Virus record (IMG/VR): IMGVR_UViG_3300046779_000606
Span: 1 to 34,750 of that record
Length of the DNA stretch: 34,750 bases
DNA from: a virus
Lineage: Duplodnaviria > Caudoviricetes
Direction: 5' to 3' (one strand)
Positions 1 to 9,824 of the stretch are shown here, in pieces. The notes below the pieces were generated by a model. It did no database searches and was not told the origin of the DNA. It was given only the letters and a program-made list of their open reading frames with translations. Every line of letters begins with the position of its first letter. Position 1 is the first letter of the stretch. The position numbers were made by a program, and so were the translations under genes.

Positions 1-208
1 TATAGGTATTAAGAATAGATAATGTAGTAGTATTTGCAAGTAAACCACCTGCTCCACCACCTCCGCCGCCACCTTCATTATCTTGTGATGCGCCTGAACC
101 ACCACCAGCAACAACAAGATAAGATGCAGGGACATTGTTAGCTGATCCGCTAACTAACATACCAAAACCTCTAGCTGCCTCTACTGCTATTCTTGATAAT
201 AGTGACAT
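1..208 (-). CDS. Glycine-rich-domain virion/tail protein, N-terminal part (runs off left edge)
   Basis: Hand-translated from ATG at 208: MSLLSRIAVEAARGFGMLVSGSANNVPASYLVVAGGGSGASQDNEGGGGGGAGGLL..., open to base 1. YLVVAGGG...GGGGAGG is typical of phage Gly-rich tail proteins. Confidence 0.75.
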   Translation of the reverse strand, partial: MSLLSRIAVEAARGFGMLVSGSANNVPASYLVVAGGGSGASQDNEGGGGGGGAGGLLANTTTLSILNTY

Positions 209-217
209 TAACTATTC

Positions 218-2851
218 CTACTTAAATTGTGTTTGTGATGCAAATACTGTAAAAGTTGCTGAACCTGTTTTAACAATAGTATATGAGTAAGCGTCTATTC
301 CTGAAGCATTACCGCTTGACCATGCTGTGCCACCTTGATATTTAGGTGTGACAGAGTTTCCGTCAATAGTGACTGCATTATTATAGTATGCAGTTGCACC
401 TTGTGATACTAGGAATACAACAGTCATTGATTGACCTGTTGCCATAGCTGTATTTAAAGACGTGCCACTTGAAGCTCTAAAGTTTACAGTCCAATTAGCT
501 GAAGCGTTTGTTGTATAGTAAAGAACTGATTGTGTGGTCACATCGTAGTTAATTGTGCCTGTAGCCGCAGTCGCTGATACTGTAACTACTTCAGCCGCGT
601 TTGTGAATACAGCCGCTAATGTGCTAGATGATCCACTAAATGTTTGAGCAGCAGTAAATGTATTGGCTACGTTAGTTACAGGAATATTAGCCGCAGCCAA
701 TGATGTAGCGCCTGTGCCACCGTATGCAGTTCCAAGTGGGTTAGTTGGTGTCAAGCTAGTTGCAGTTAAAGCGCCTGTGCTTGGATTAAATTGAAATTTA
801 GTAGAGCTTACAAATTCAGTTGTTAATGATCCTGTGGTAACTGAAGTAAATAATGGGTATCTTGTAGCGTTTGTAGTTGTATCATCTGTAATAGCTAGTC
901 CTGTGCTAGCAATCGTAATAGAGCCTGCGCCATTTGTAATAGATATACCTGAACCTGCTGTTAAAGCTGCATTTTTCCAATAACCTGCTACAGCGTCATA
1001 AATAATAGTTTGACCTGAAGCTAGTGATCCAAATTGAACGTTTGAGTCAGTTCCACCTAATTGTGAGCCTGGATTAACATTAATTTGAATAACACCGCCA
1101 CCTGACGAATTACCATTAATTACAAAAGCTACTTGAACTTTAGGATTAGGTGCAGAAGGCTTGGTAGCTGTATAACCGCCTGTTACAGCAGGGTTATACC
1201 AAAGTATTTCACCGTCAGCTATACCTGAAGTGCTAACGTTTCTTAAAACACCAGCGCTTTGAATTAAACCAAATCCATTTAAAGCAATAGATTCTGCTGC
1301 TATACCTATAATGTAAGTTCCGTCAGTAATACCTGTTGCAGGTGCTGCGGTAATAACGCCTGAAGCGCCAACAGAGCCTGTAAACATACAAACTTGGCCT
1401 TTAGTAATAGCGCTTGAAGCTTTTACATAATAATATTGATCCTCACCTATGTGTTGGACTACATTTCCGCCAATCATGCCTAAACCAAGCGTATTGTTTG
1501 TAGCATCCCAACCTAATTGACCCGTTGTTAAAGCTGTTGCGTAAGAAGTATTAAAACCAATATATGTAGGTGATGTAATAGCGCCTGTAATACCTGATAA
1601 AGACGTAATGTCTGAATTAGCGCCTGAATTAGCCTTGTTATTAAACGTATTCCAATCAGTTGATGATAGATAACCGTTTGTAGAGGTTGTAGCTTGGGTA
1701 ATACTAATATTAGGTGTAGCGCCACCACTTGATGATAAAGGTGCAGAAGCTGTAACAGATGTAACACCACTTGAAGCTGGCGCAGCCCATGAAGGCACGC
1801 CTGCGGCTAAAGTTAAAACATAGCCATTGGTGCTAGGTGCTAAAAATGTTGTAGCGCCTGGGCCTGATTGGTAAGGTAATGAGCCTGTTACACCGCCTGC
1901 TAAATTAGTGGCTGTTGTAGCTGAACCTGCTGTAGTTGCAGTTGCAGCGTTACCTGTTATATCGCCTACAATTGGAGTTGATACAGTTAAACCTGTTAAT
2001 GTGCCAACGGTTGTGATTCCTGTGTAAGAACCTGATAAATAGCTAGAACCAATAGTTCCGCTTGTAATTTGTGAGCCTGCAATAGATATGTCTGAAGCAG
2101 ATAATGAAGTTAATTGGCCTTGCGCATTAACTTGGGCTGTTAAAGTCTTACTAGCTGATCCATAAGAGCCTGCTGTAACGCCTGTGTTTGTAATAGAAAA
2201 TTGTGTGCCAACTAATGTTAAGCCTGTGCCTGCTGTATAACCTGCTGCAAATGATAGGTTAAAAAATTGGAGCGGTGTTACACCTAATGTGCCACCTGGT
2301 TGGGCTGTGCAATACCAAGCAGTTGTAGCTTGACCGCCTGATTCAATGTAAATAATAGCACCTTCGTATTCAGCCCATGTATCAGCACCTGGCGCTCTAG
2401 ACCAAGGGCCTGCACTTACAATATAAATACCGTTGTCAGCTAATGTTGATTGGTCTTTAACTAAAACTGTGTTTCCAGCTACCAATGATACGGTATCAAT
2501 CGTTTGTAGGCCTGAAAGCGTAATATTTGTTGTTGTGGCTGCGTTTGCTGGAGGTTTCCATGAAGCGCCTGAAATAGCATAGTCAACGTATTGTTTGTTT
2601 GCTATATCGGTTGAAGCCGTTGGTGTTGCATCTACTTGGCCTGATAAAAAGTGAGCCGTAGAAGGTGTTGTAGCACCAATAGTCGTGCTATCAATCGTGC
2701 TGTTTGTAATATGTAACCCTGATTGATTAGGGTTAATTGAGGCATAGAATGGCTTGTTCTGCCCAATAAACTCAATAAAATCGCCTGTAACCGTAAAATA
2801 CGCTTGAACAGGCAGTAAGTTTTGAACAGTAGATTGAGCAGGACTAGTCAT
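218..2851 (-). CDS. Tail fibre / long structural fibre protein (877 aa)
   Basis: Thr/Gly/Ser-rich. Contains the fibre motif ATTTNITLSGLQTIDTVSLVAGNTVLVKDQ...NGIYIV...W.RA and VTAGSYGS...VNAQGQLT shaft motifs. Lies downstream of the head genes. Confidence 0.75.
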   Translation of the reverse strand: MTSPAQSTVQNLLPVQAYFTVTGDFIEFIGQNKPFYASINPNQSGLHITNSTIDSTTIGATTPSTAHFLSGQVDATPTASTDIANKQYVDYAISGASWKPPANAATTTNITLSGLQTIDTVSLVAGNTVLVKDQSTLADNGIYIVSAGPWSRAPGADTWAEYEGAIIYIESGGQATTAWYCTAQPGGTLGVTPLQFFNLSFAAGYTAGTGLTLVGTQFSITNTGVTAGSYGSASKTLTAQVNAQGQLTSLSASDISIAGSQITSGTIGSSYLSGSYTGITTVGTLTGLTVSTPIVGDITGNAATATTAGSATTATNLAGGVTGSLPYQSGPGATTFLAPSTNGYVLTLAAGVPSWAAPASSGVTSVTASAPLSSSGGATPNISITQATTSTNGYLSSTDWNTFNNKANSGANSDITSLSGITGAITSPTYIGFNTSYATALTTGQLGWDATNNTLGLGMIGGNVVQHIGEDQYYYVKASSAITKGQVCMFTGSVGASGVITAAPATGITDGTYIIGIAAESIALNGFGLIQSAGVLRNVSTSGIADGEILWYNPAVTGGYTATKPSAPNPKVQVAFVINGNSSGGGVIQINVNPGSQLGGTDSNVQFGSLASGQTIIYDAVAGYWKNAALTAGSGISITNGAGSITIASTGLAITDDTTTNATRYPLFTSVTTGSLTTEFVSSTKFQFNPSTGALTATSLTPTNPLGTAYGGTGATSLAAANIPVTNVANTFTAAQTFSGSSSTLAAVFTNAAEVVTVSATAATGTINYDVTTQSVLYYTTNASANWTVNFRASSGTSLNTAMATGQSMTVVFLVSQGATAYYNNAVTIDGNSVTPKYQGGTAWSSGNASGIDAYSYTIVKTGSATFTVFASQTQFK

Positions 2852-2860
2852 TATATTTCC

Positions 2861-3208
2861 TTAAGATTGATTTTCAACAGGCGTTACATAGAGTGTGGTT
2901 GTATCTGATCCACCACAAACTGCTGTAATTTGAAACGGTGCTGTTGGAACTGCCAAAGTTATTGGGTATGTCATATTTGCTGGTAATACAAAATCACCTG
3001 GGCTACCTGCTGTTGGAAATACAGAAACAGGAGCAGTAGCTAAACTAGAAACGGTAACTGCACAAGCTTTAGTGCCAGCATTTAAAAATGCAGCAAAGTT
3101 TACTTGATCGTTAGTATTGTCTTCAATAGTAATTGAGGTTGATGATGTAGCTGTAACAGCAATAACAGCGGTTTTTCCTGCTGGTCTTAAAACTGTGGTA
3201 TTAGCCAT
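2861..3208 (-). CDS. Hypothetical virion protein (115 aa, beta-rich)
   Basis: ORF with AAGGA RBS, located in the structural cluster. Confidence 0.6.
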   Translation of the reverse strand: MANTTVLRPAGKTAVIAVTATSSTSITIEDNTNDQVNFAAFLNAGTKACAVTVSSLATAPVSVFPTAGSPGDFVLPANMTYPITLAVPTAPFQITAVCGGSDTTTLYVTPVENQS

Positions 3209-3248
3209 GATTGTTTCCTTGAATTTGTTAAATTATAAACTTTAATAG

Positions 3249-3277
3249 AAAAAAAGCCATTAGAAATTTAATGGCTT
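3249..3277 (-). terminator. Rho-independent terminator after the coat/decoration genes
   Basis: Minus strand AAGCCATTA-AATTTC-TAATGGCTT followed by a T run. Confidence 0.75.
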
Positions 3278-3297
3278 CTTCTCTTTATTGCACATTA

Positions 3298-3720
3298 CTA
3301 GTTTTGTTGTGTTAAGTCGTAACCATAAACATATACGTCAAATGTTGCAGCCGCACCTTGTGCAGTTCCAACGTTAACATATAGGTTTTGGCCTGTTTGT
3401 GCAGCTGTTGAAGCTACAGTTCTCTCTGACACAACTGTTGGGCCTGTTAAAGCTGACAAAGCTGCGTTAGCAACAATAGCTGTTCCGCCTGCTGCTGGTG
3501 CAGTAAATACACCTGCTAATGCAGTTGTTAAGCTAATTGAAGCGTTAGTGAAAACAACGTTCTTAACAGAGTAAGTTGTTGAGTTGATAATAGGTAAAAC
3601 TGTGTCACCTGTTACGTTTGCATTAACACCTTGATACACAGCCAATAAGCGTAGGGCTTGATTGGTTCCGACTAGCTGCGGATGTGCGCTTGAGGTTACT
3701 GCTGGGCCTGGATTTGCCAT
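3298..3720 (-). CDS. Putative head decoration/cement protein (140 aa)
   Basis: Directly follows the coat gene, precedes the terminator, Ala/Thr/Val-rich. Function is inferred from position only. Confidence 0.5.
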   Translation of the reverse strand: MANPGPAVTSSAHPQLVGTNQALRLLAVYQGVNANVTGDTVLPIINSTTYSVKNVVFTNASISLTTALAGVFTAPAAGGTAIVANAALSALTGPTVVSERTVASTAAQTGQNLYVNVGTAQGAAATFDVYVYGYDLTQQN

Positions 3721-3750
3721 AATAAATTTTCCTTTTCTGTTTGATTAATG

Positions 3751-3772
3751 AAGGGGACTTTTACATCCCCTT
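3751..3772. promoter_or_regulatory. Intergenic hairpin after the coat gene
   Basis: AAGGGGA-CTTTTACA-TCCCCTT. No U-tract on the minus strand, so more likely a stabiliser or attenuator than a strong terminator. Confidence 0.45.
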
Positions 3773-3785
3773 ACCGTTACATTAC

Positions 3786-5024
3786 TTAAGCTGCTACTCG
3801 GCAAGCTAACTCTGGGTAGAGTGGTGCCCAACCGTATAACACATCAAGACGTGTAGGAATTGAGTCGTTGTTAATGGTGTATTGACGAACCACACGCATT
3901 GAAAGACCAATTTCTTTGTCAGATGCACGACCAGCAAAATGAACACCGTCAGGCAATTCAAGATCAGCCATAGCTAATGTGAATGCATTTCTGTGCATAA
4001 TGATATTTTGTGGTGATGTAACACCTGTGTTATTGAACGGAGTAACAGTTTGTGAACCTGATGATGTTACAACTACGTTTTGGAATTGACCTGCTGTAAT
4101 AACAGCTGGTGAAACGTTAACTGAAGCTGTGCCACCTGAAGTAATTGTTACAGGGCTATTAACAACAAAGTTGCGTAATTTGCCATATGATTGACGGTTT
4201 TGTGGGTTAGCACCATAAACGCCAGCAATAGTAATTACGTCACCTTGATTGAGTGAAGCGTTAGCAGTAGCTGCACCAATAGTGATTGTAGAGCTTGAAG
4301 CCCAACCACTTGTTAGGAAGCCTGTTGCTGTTGTAACGTTGCATGATAAAACAGAAGTAGAGTATGAACCAAATGTTTGTGAAACAACGTTTTGATCCAT
4401 TTTCCAATTCATACCACCTGAATCACGACCCATTAAGCCTTTAGCGTATTGAGCAGAGATAGTTGTTTGTGGATTGAAAAGACCTTTTAAGCTGTCAACA
4501 ATAGTTGCAGATGTAAATGGTTCAATAATACATGATCTACGGCCATCACGTGGAGCACCTTCAGAATCAAGGTAAGCTTGACCTGTTAAGAATGTGATTA
4601 AACCTGTAGGTGCTACGCCAGCAGTGCCAACGATGTTAGCAGTGTTGTTTTTAGCAGTTACAAGACCGTCACGATCAATCTTATTCGCGATAGCTGCTAC
4701 AGCTGGTTTAAGAACTCTGTCGCTAAACATATCTAAAGACAATGCTAGGTCTTGAGTTGTAAACTGTGTGTCAACGTGGAATTGTGTTGATAAAGTAACA
4801 GGAACTGAAGTTTCATTGAAATCTTCAACGTTTAATGCTGGGCCTGTTGTGCCGATGAAACGACCAGGACGTCTAACGTTAACTGTGTTACCAATTTTTG
4901 CGCCAACTACAGCAAATTGGTCGTCATAGTTACGGTCAACTTCTGATGTGAATGTTAATTCATTTTCCAAGACCATTAACGCTTCGTTAGTGATCTTGCT
5001 AATGGTTAGTAAATTATTAGCCAT
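3786..5024 (-). CDS. Major capsid protein, P22 coat (gp5) family
   Basis: MANNLLTISKITNEALMVLENEL...KIGNTVNVRRP...RLDVLYGWAPLYPELACRV; position after portal and scaffold. Confidence 0.93.
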   Translation of the reverse strand: MANNLLTISKITNEALMVLENELTFTSEVDRNYDDQFAVVGAKIGNTVNVRRPGRFIGTTGPALNVEDFNETSVPVTLSTQFHVDTQFTTQDLALSLDMFSDRVLKPAVAAIANKIDRDGLVTAKNNTANIVGTAGVAPTGLITFLTGQAYLDSEGAPRDGRRSCIIEPFTSATIVDSLKGLFNPQTTISAQYAKGLMGRDSGGMNWKMDQNVVSQTFGSYSTSVLSCNVTTATGFLTSGWASSSTITIGAATANASLNQGDVITIAGVYGANPQNRQSYGKLRNFVVNSPVTITSGGTASVNVSPAVITAGQFQNVVVTSSGSQTVTPFNNTGVTSPQNIIMHRNAFTLAMADLELPDGVHFAGRASDKEIGLSMRVVRQYTINNDSIPTRLDVLYGWAPLYPELACRVAA

Positions 5025-5057
5025 GATATTTCCTTATTTTAAGAGTTTAATATCCTG

Positions 5058-6002
5058 CTACCTTACTTTCCCAGCTTGGCGATCAGCCTTCCATTGTTGA
5101 TATGTGCCGTGATATACGCCATTAGCGTCTACGTTAACGTCAACAGTTGCCGAACTCGCTTTAATTGGATTAAGCGGTGCAGGTGCTTTACTGCGTGCAA
5201 CTTGAGGTTTCGTTTCAGCGTCGGTTTTGGCGTCTTTTGGTGTATCTTTAGCCTCAAACCTTGCTTCCAACTTCCCAATTTCTCGAAGGGCTTTGATTGG
5301 ACTAGATGAGTTTAGCGTTTCTACTAGCTCAGGATTTTCTGCAAGGTGATATAGGATTCTTGGGCCTACATCGGACTCTACGATGGCATCTCTGACAACG
5401 TCATTTACAGTGACATCGGCAGCTGAAGCTATCATATCGTCATAGTCAGGTAAATCCGCCTTAATAGCAGCTTCACGTTGCCTCCAAGATTCAGCCAATT
5501 TTTGGCGTGTTTCTTGTTCTTTACGTTCAGCTTCGGCTTTCTCTCTATTCAATATAGCTTGTTCAGCACTCCATTCAGCTAATGCTTCAGCGTATTCAAA
5601 CGCGTCATTAAACTGACTAGGCTGTGGCTTTACGTTTTCCTCTACAGGTTTTGGTTCAGCCTTTCCTTCTAGCTCTTTAATACGGCTTTCTAAAGCTTCA
5701 CGAGCTTCACGTTCACGAGCCGCTTCTTTACGCGCCTCTTCACGTTGCTTTGTTAGCTCTGAAAATCTCTTTTCAAGCTTGGGGTTTTGTTTCTTTTCCT
5801 CTGTTGCTTTTGTTTCCGTTTCAGTTGTCTCTGGCTCACTCTGAACTTCAGCTTGTTCCGTTGGCTCTGTTTCAGTAACTTCCTCTTTAGGTGTTTCTGC
5901 TACAGCCTCAATCGGTGCTTCTTCAGCTAAACCCAACTTTTTACTAGCAAATTCCATATAGTTTTCACTAGTTACTACATTTCCTGCTTCTTTTTCTGAC
6001 AT
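5058..6002 (-). CDS. Scaffolding protein
   Basis: Acidic coiled coil (KRFSELTKQREEA), GPRILYHLAENPE, basic C-terminus; between portal and coat. Start moved to ATG 6002 (GGAG RBS). Confidence 0.85.
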   Translation of the reverse strand: MSEKEAGNVVTSENYMEFASKKLGLAEEAPIEAVAETPKEEVTETEPTEQAEVQSEPETTETETKATEEKKQNPKLEKRFSELTKQREEARKEAAREREAREALESRIKELEGKAEPKPVEENVKPQPSQFNDAFEYAEALAEWSAEQAILNREKAEAERKEQETRQKLAESWRQREAAIKADLPDYDDMIASAADVTVNDVVRDAIVESDVGPRILYHLAENPELVETLNSSSPIKALREIGKLEARFEAKDTPKDAKTDAETKPQVARSKAPAPLNPIKASSATVDVNVDANGVYHGTYQQWKADRQAGKVR

Positions 6003-6050
6003 GGATGACTCCAAGATTTTTACCCAATGAATCCATTGGTAGATTATTGC

Positions 6051-6079
6051 TTTATAACATTAATTTAGCTATTTATCAA
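6051..6079 (-). promoter_or_regulatory. Putative sigma70 promoter for scaffold/coat
   Basis: Minus strand TTGATA-17 bp-TATAAA with a TGn extension, in the portal-scaffold gap. Confidence 0.5.
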
Positions 6080-6086
6080 TCAATAG

Positions 6087-8162
6087 TTAAATTGCTCGTT
6101 CCGTAGTTTCTGCGCTTGCTGCGTCTGCTTGCTCGCCACTCATGTTGGCAAGTATCAGTGCTATTTGCGCTTTAAGCTCTTCAATTTGGATTTTAGTTTC
6201 GTTATCAGCGTCTGTATTGCGACGGCTAGTTTCCTCACGCATTTCTGTGTCATGTGCTTTAGCTGTGACATCCATAAGCTTACGTTGAGTTTCTGCATCT
6301 TGTCTAACTCCTTCAATATCTGAACGTTGTTTAATAAACATATTAAGGCTTTCAACTTGTTGTGAAAGTTGTTGAATTTGAGCCTGTGATTGTTGTAATT
6401 GCATTTGAACGCGTGGCGGCACGCTAGATTTGTCGTCTATTTGTGCTAATGGGTTATTTACCGCTAATCTATCGGCAATAGTTTCAGCGCCAGGGAAGTC
6501 CATGTTTCTTACCAATAAATCGCCAGCAGTTTGGATTAAGGTTGGGTCGGCTGCAAATAAAGCCATCATAGAATCAACGGCTTCTTGGCGTTTAGAGTTA
6601 TAACCTGGGCCTGTATCCATAACCACGTCATATTGGCCTACAGTTACGTCGTTTAGAATTCTATATATACCTTCCTCGTCTTGGCCATATTGGTTAATAG
6701 TCAATACTTCAGGCTTGCCGTCATCGCCAATAATACGCATTACACGCTCTTTATCGTAAATTTTAGGTATTAGGTCTAGTATTACGCGGCCTGTTTGACG
6801 AATAGAACGAGTTAAGTTGTCGTAATAGTGGAAGTTGGTCATATCAACTTGTTGTTGTTGACCTTGTAGTGCTTTACCTGAAATATTACCTGTAGGAAGT
6901 TGTGCTGGGTCAAATATACCAACAACTTGCATCAAGTCGGTAGTCATAGATTGAGCCGCAGCCATAATGCCTGCTGGTGGTGGTTCAGGTTGTAATCTTT
7001 GTGGCACAGGAGCTGGCTTGCCATCAATATCTGTTTGTTTATAGCGTAGAACAGGCATGGATTTAATGTTAGCCTGCGCCCATTCATTTTCATGGCCTTC
7101 GTCTTGTCCTTCAGCCAATAGCCATTTAGCTTTAGGTGCTAATGCAACTGATTCGGTAAGTGAAGTTTGCCAAAAGTTATACATTCTTTGTGGGTCTTTA
7201 GCCATTCTTACAATACCAAAGCGTTTCTTTTTGTTTTCTACAACTGTCTCTTGGCCGTAAACAGGAATAATAGGAATGTATTTACCAGCCCAATCACCTT
7301 CCTCTAATACTTGCATAGCAGTCAATTTGCACCATTTAATCTTTTTCTCGTATGAATTACGAGTCTCGACAATAGTTATACCTGCTGCCTCTAATACCTC
7401 ATCAGGTGGCAACTCATCTGATTTAACGCTTGAGCCGTCGGATAGTAAATGAATCTTAATAGACTTGCGTTCAGTGTAGAAGTATTCAGCTAAACGAATG
7501 TCCTCTTTCATGATCCATTCAGAGTTGGTATCGCCTGTGCCTCGCATAGTAAATCCTTGATCTACCTCTGCGTCAGGATACATTTTCTTAAATACTTTTT
7601 TAGGAATGACTGTGGTAATTAATACCTTTTCTGCGTCTGAACCGTCAGGTGCAGTTGAATTAGGGTCAAAATATACTGTGAAAGGGTTATCAATAGCTTT
7701 AATATATATCTCTTGGTCAAAGCTGTCATCGCTAATGTAATCTGTTGTAACGCGCCAATATCCCCAGCCCATTCTTACAGCAAAATCACCTGCTTTGTCA
7801 TAGGCTTGGTCTGCGTCTGAATTTACTTCAATGTGCCTAAAAATACCTGTGATAATTTCAGCCATTTTAGCGTCTGATTGAGTATTCATGCCATGCGCTT
7901 TCATGCGTGGTCTTTGTTGTCTCATTTGATTGGTTAATTGACGGCAGTATGCGTCAACTTTATTTACTGTAAGGCATGGTCTTGCTTCTAATACGCGGCT
8001 ATTTTGAATTTCTACAGGCCATTGGTCGCCTGCTGCAAACTTTAAATCCTCTAACGCTTCTGACCTATTCATTTGGTCTGCTTCGTTAGCAAACTGTAAG
8101 AATTGTATTGCGTCAGCTATACGTGGATCATTATCAAATACTTCTGTTTTTTTCTTTGCCAT
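6087..8162 (-). CDS. Portal protein, P22 gp1-like
   Basis: EDLKFAAGDQWP...RPCLTVN, KDPQRMYN, GQYDVVMDTGPGYNSKRQEA motifs; follows TerL. Confidence 0.93.
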   Translation of the reverse strand: MAKKKTEVFDNDPRIADAIQFLQFANEADQMNRSEALEDLKFAAGDQWPVEIQNSRVLEARPCLTVNKVDAYCRQLTNQMRQQRPRMKAHGMNTQSDAKMAEIITGIFRHIEVNSDADQAYDKAGDFAVRMGWGYWRVTTDYISDDSFDQEIYIKAIDNPFTVYFDPNSTAPDGSDAEKVLITTVIPKKVFKKMYPDAEVDQGFTMRGTGDTNSEWIMKEDIRLAEYFYTERKSIKIHLLSDGSSVKSDELPPDEVLEAAGITIVETRNSYEKKIKWCKLTAMQVLEEGDWAGKYIPIIPVYGQETVVENKKKRFGIVRMAKDPQRMYNFWQTSLTESVALAPKAKWLLAEGQDEGHENEWAQANIKSMPVLRYKQTDIDGKPAPVPQRLQPEPPPAGIMAAAQSMTTDLMQVVGIFDPAQLPTGNISGKALQGQQQQVDMTNFHYYDNLTRSIRQTGRVILDLIPKIYDKERVMRIIGDDGKPEVLTINQYGQDEEGIYRILNDVTVGQYDVVMDTGPGYNSKRQEAVDSMMALFAADPTLIQTAGDLLVRNMDFPGAETIADRLAVNNPLAQIDDKSSVPPRVQMQLQQSQAQIQQLSQQVESLNMFIKQRSDIEGVRQDAETQRKLMDVTAKAHDTEMREETSRRNTDADNETKIQIEELKAQIALILANMSGEQADAASAETTERAI

Positions 8163-8165
8163 AAT

Positions 8166-9452
8166 CTATCCCATCCAGCTTGCGCCAGGAGTAAATGTTT
8201 GTTTTTGAGCTTTTCGTTCTTTTTTGTCTTGAATCATTAAACCTATGTATCGGAATGCGTCAGCACCATGAGAGTAAACGTCATGGAGTGGGTTACGACT
8301 AAACTGACCTGTATCAGGATCAACTTCATAACGGTAATGACGTAAGCATTGTAACCCATCCGCACAATTTTCTCTATCAAAATAACACGAACTAAATATG
8401 GTTCTTGCAGCGTTAATAGAATCGACTACAGGAACGCGAGGAAGTATATTAGTTTTGAAGCCTGCTGCCCTTACTATTTCCTCAATAGAGCGACCATTAG
8501 ACGCTATGTTTTTGCTTTGAGCGTCGTGAGGTAAGTGTAACGTATCATAAAAATAGCCTAGTTTTTGCATTTCCTGCAAATAATGGCTCATAGTTTTTTG
8601 TGTATCTTGCAAATAGCGTATTAGACGTGTTTCCATGCCTATAAATTGCACAAACCATATAGCTGTATGATCTGCCCAGCCTAAATCAAATACAGCGTGA
8701 ACAGGCTTGGTAGCGTCATAAGGCACTCTAGTTATTCTGCCCTGTAGCTCGGCCATATTCATTTCGTTAGCAAATATAGCACCGTCAATAGTTAGGCGGC
8801 ATAAACCTTCCCACACGTTGTTATAGGCTTGTATATCTCGGCTTTGAAGCGCGTCTTTTTCCAGGCGCAACGTTTCAGGAAACCAAGGATTGTCCGACCA
8901 GTTAATCTTTTGCACGACAGCGTCGTCAGGTGGGCTTACCACAAACCTTTGATACGTTTCATCGGTTTCTAGTTCAGGGTTAAAGGTTATCCATATTTCA
9001 GACTGCTCTTTACGAATGGTTGGAATCAATACATTCCAGCTAGTTTTGGATACAGTCTGCGCTTCCTCGACCCAAGCTATATCTATGCCCTCAAAAGACT
9101 TGACGTTGGCTATGTTGTTTTTAAGGCCTACAAAAGCAAACTCTGTGCCGTTTCTGCCTCTAATAGCGTTCTGTGTAATTTCATAGAAAAAAGATAGGCC
9201 AAGCGCTTCAATTTGGTCTGATAGTAGCTTATGCACCGAGTCTTTCATTGAGGTCATAAACTCTCGCGCACAAAGCACACGTTTGACGTCTTTAGCGCCT
9301 AATAAAAGTAAGGCTCTTGCTACTCCCCAGCTTTTTGCCCCGCCCCTGCCCCCGTATAAAACGCGATAGCGTGAACTTTTAGGTTCAAATAGACATGAAA
9401 GCTTTTCAGGAAATTGTGCGTTTCCTAGCGCCTCTTTAAGTTGTTGATCCAT
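8166..9452 (-). CDS. terL: Terminase large subunit (PBSX family)
   Basis: Walker A YGGRGGAKS, Walker B WVEEAQ, TFNP motif, nuclease residues DLG and HGADAFRY. Confidence 0.95.
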   Translation of the reverse strand: MDQQLKEALGNAQFPEKLSCLFEPKSSRYRVLYGGRGGAKSWGVARALLLLGAKDVKRVLCAREFMTSMKDSVHKLLSDQIEALGLSFFYEITQNAIRGRNGTEFAFVGLKNNIANVKSFEGIDIAWVEEAQTVSKTSWNVLIPTIRKEQSEIWITFNPELETDETYQRFVVSPPDDAVVQKINWSDNPWFPETLRLEKDALQSRDIQAYNNVWEGLCRLTIDGAIFANEMNMAELQGRITRVPYDATKPVHAVFDLGWADHTAIWFVQFIGMETRLIRYLQDTQKTMSHYLQEMQKLGYFYDTLHLPHDAQSKNIASNGRSIEEIVRAAGFKTNILPRVPVVDSINAARTIFSSCYFDRENCADGLQCLRHYRYEVDPDTGQFSRNPLHDVYSHGADAFRYIGLMIQDKKERKAQKQTFTPGASWMG

Positions 9453-9783
9453 CGCCTGGTTTTACAAAGGTAATCTGTATGCCTTCTAATGGAGTGCCGT
9501 CAATATTACCTACTTTAGTCGTATTGGTCTCTCCCCAGCCCATTTGTGCTTTAGTCCACCATATAGCTGCGGTTGTGTCGCCTGATACGGCTTTATTGTA
9601 TAAAGACTTGGCTATTTGAGCCGACGCGGTAGCTTTACCCACAGCCAATTCTTTTTCGTAGTGCTTGCGTAAGGTGACGTCGGAAATACCAAGTAGTGCC
9701 GCTATTTGAACTTGAGGCAAACCTAGTCCTGAAGCGCTTAATACTTGCTCTCTTGTCTTATCAGTAGGAACGTGCTCTAGCAT
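9436..9783 (-). CDS. terS: Terminase small subunit
   Basis: HTH (QIAALLGISDVTLRKHY) and GDTTAAIWWTKAQMGW; overlaps the terL start. ATG 9783 chosen; the track gives 9798. Confidence 0.8.
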   Translation of the reverse strand: MLEHVPTDKTREQVLSASGLGLPQVQIAALLGISDVTLRKHYEKELAVGKATASAQIAKSLYNKAVSGDTTAAIWWTKAQMGWGETNTTKVGNIDGTPLEGIQITFVKPGDGSTT

Positions 9784-9824
9784 CTTTTTATTGACCAAAA
9801 GTGTTAAAAATTAGATGTTCTAAA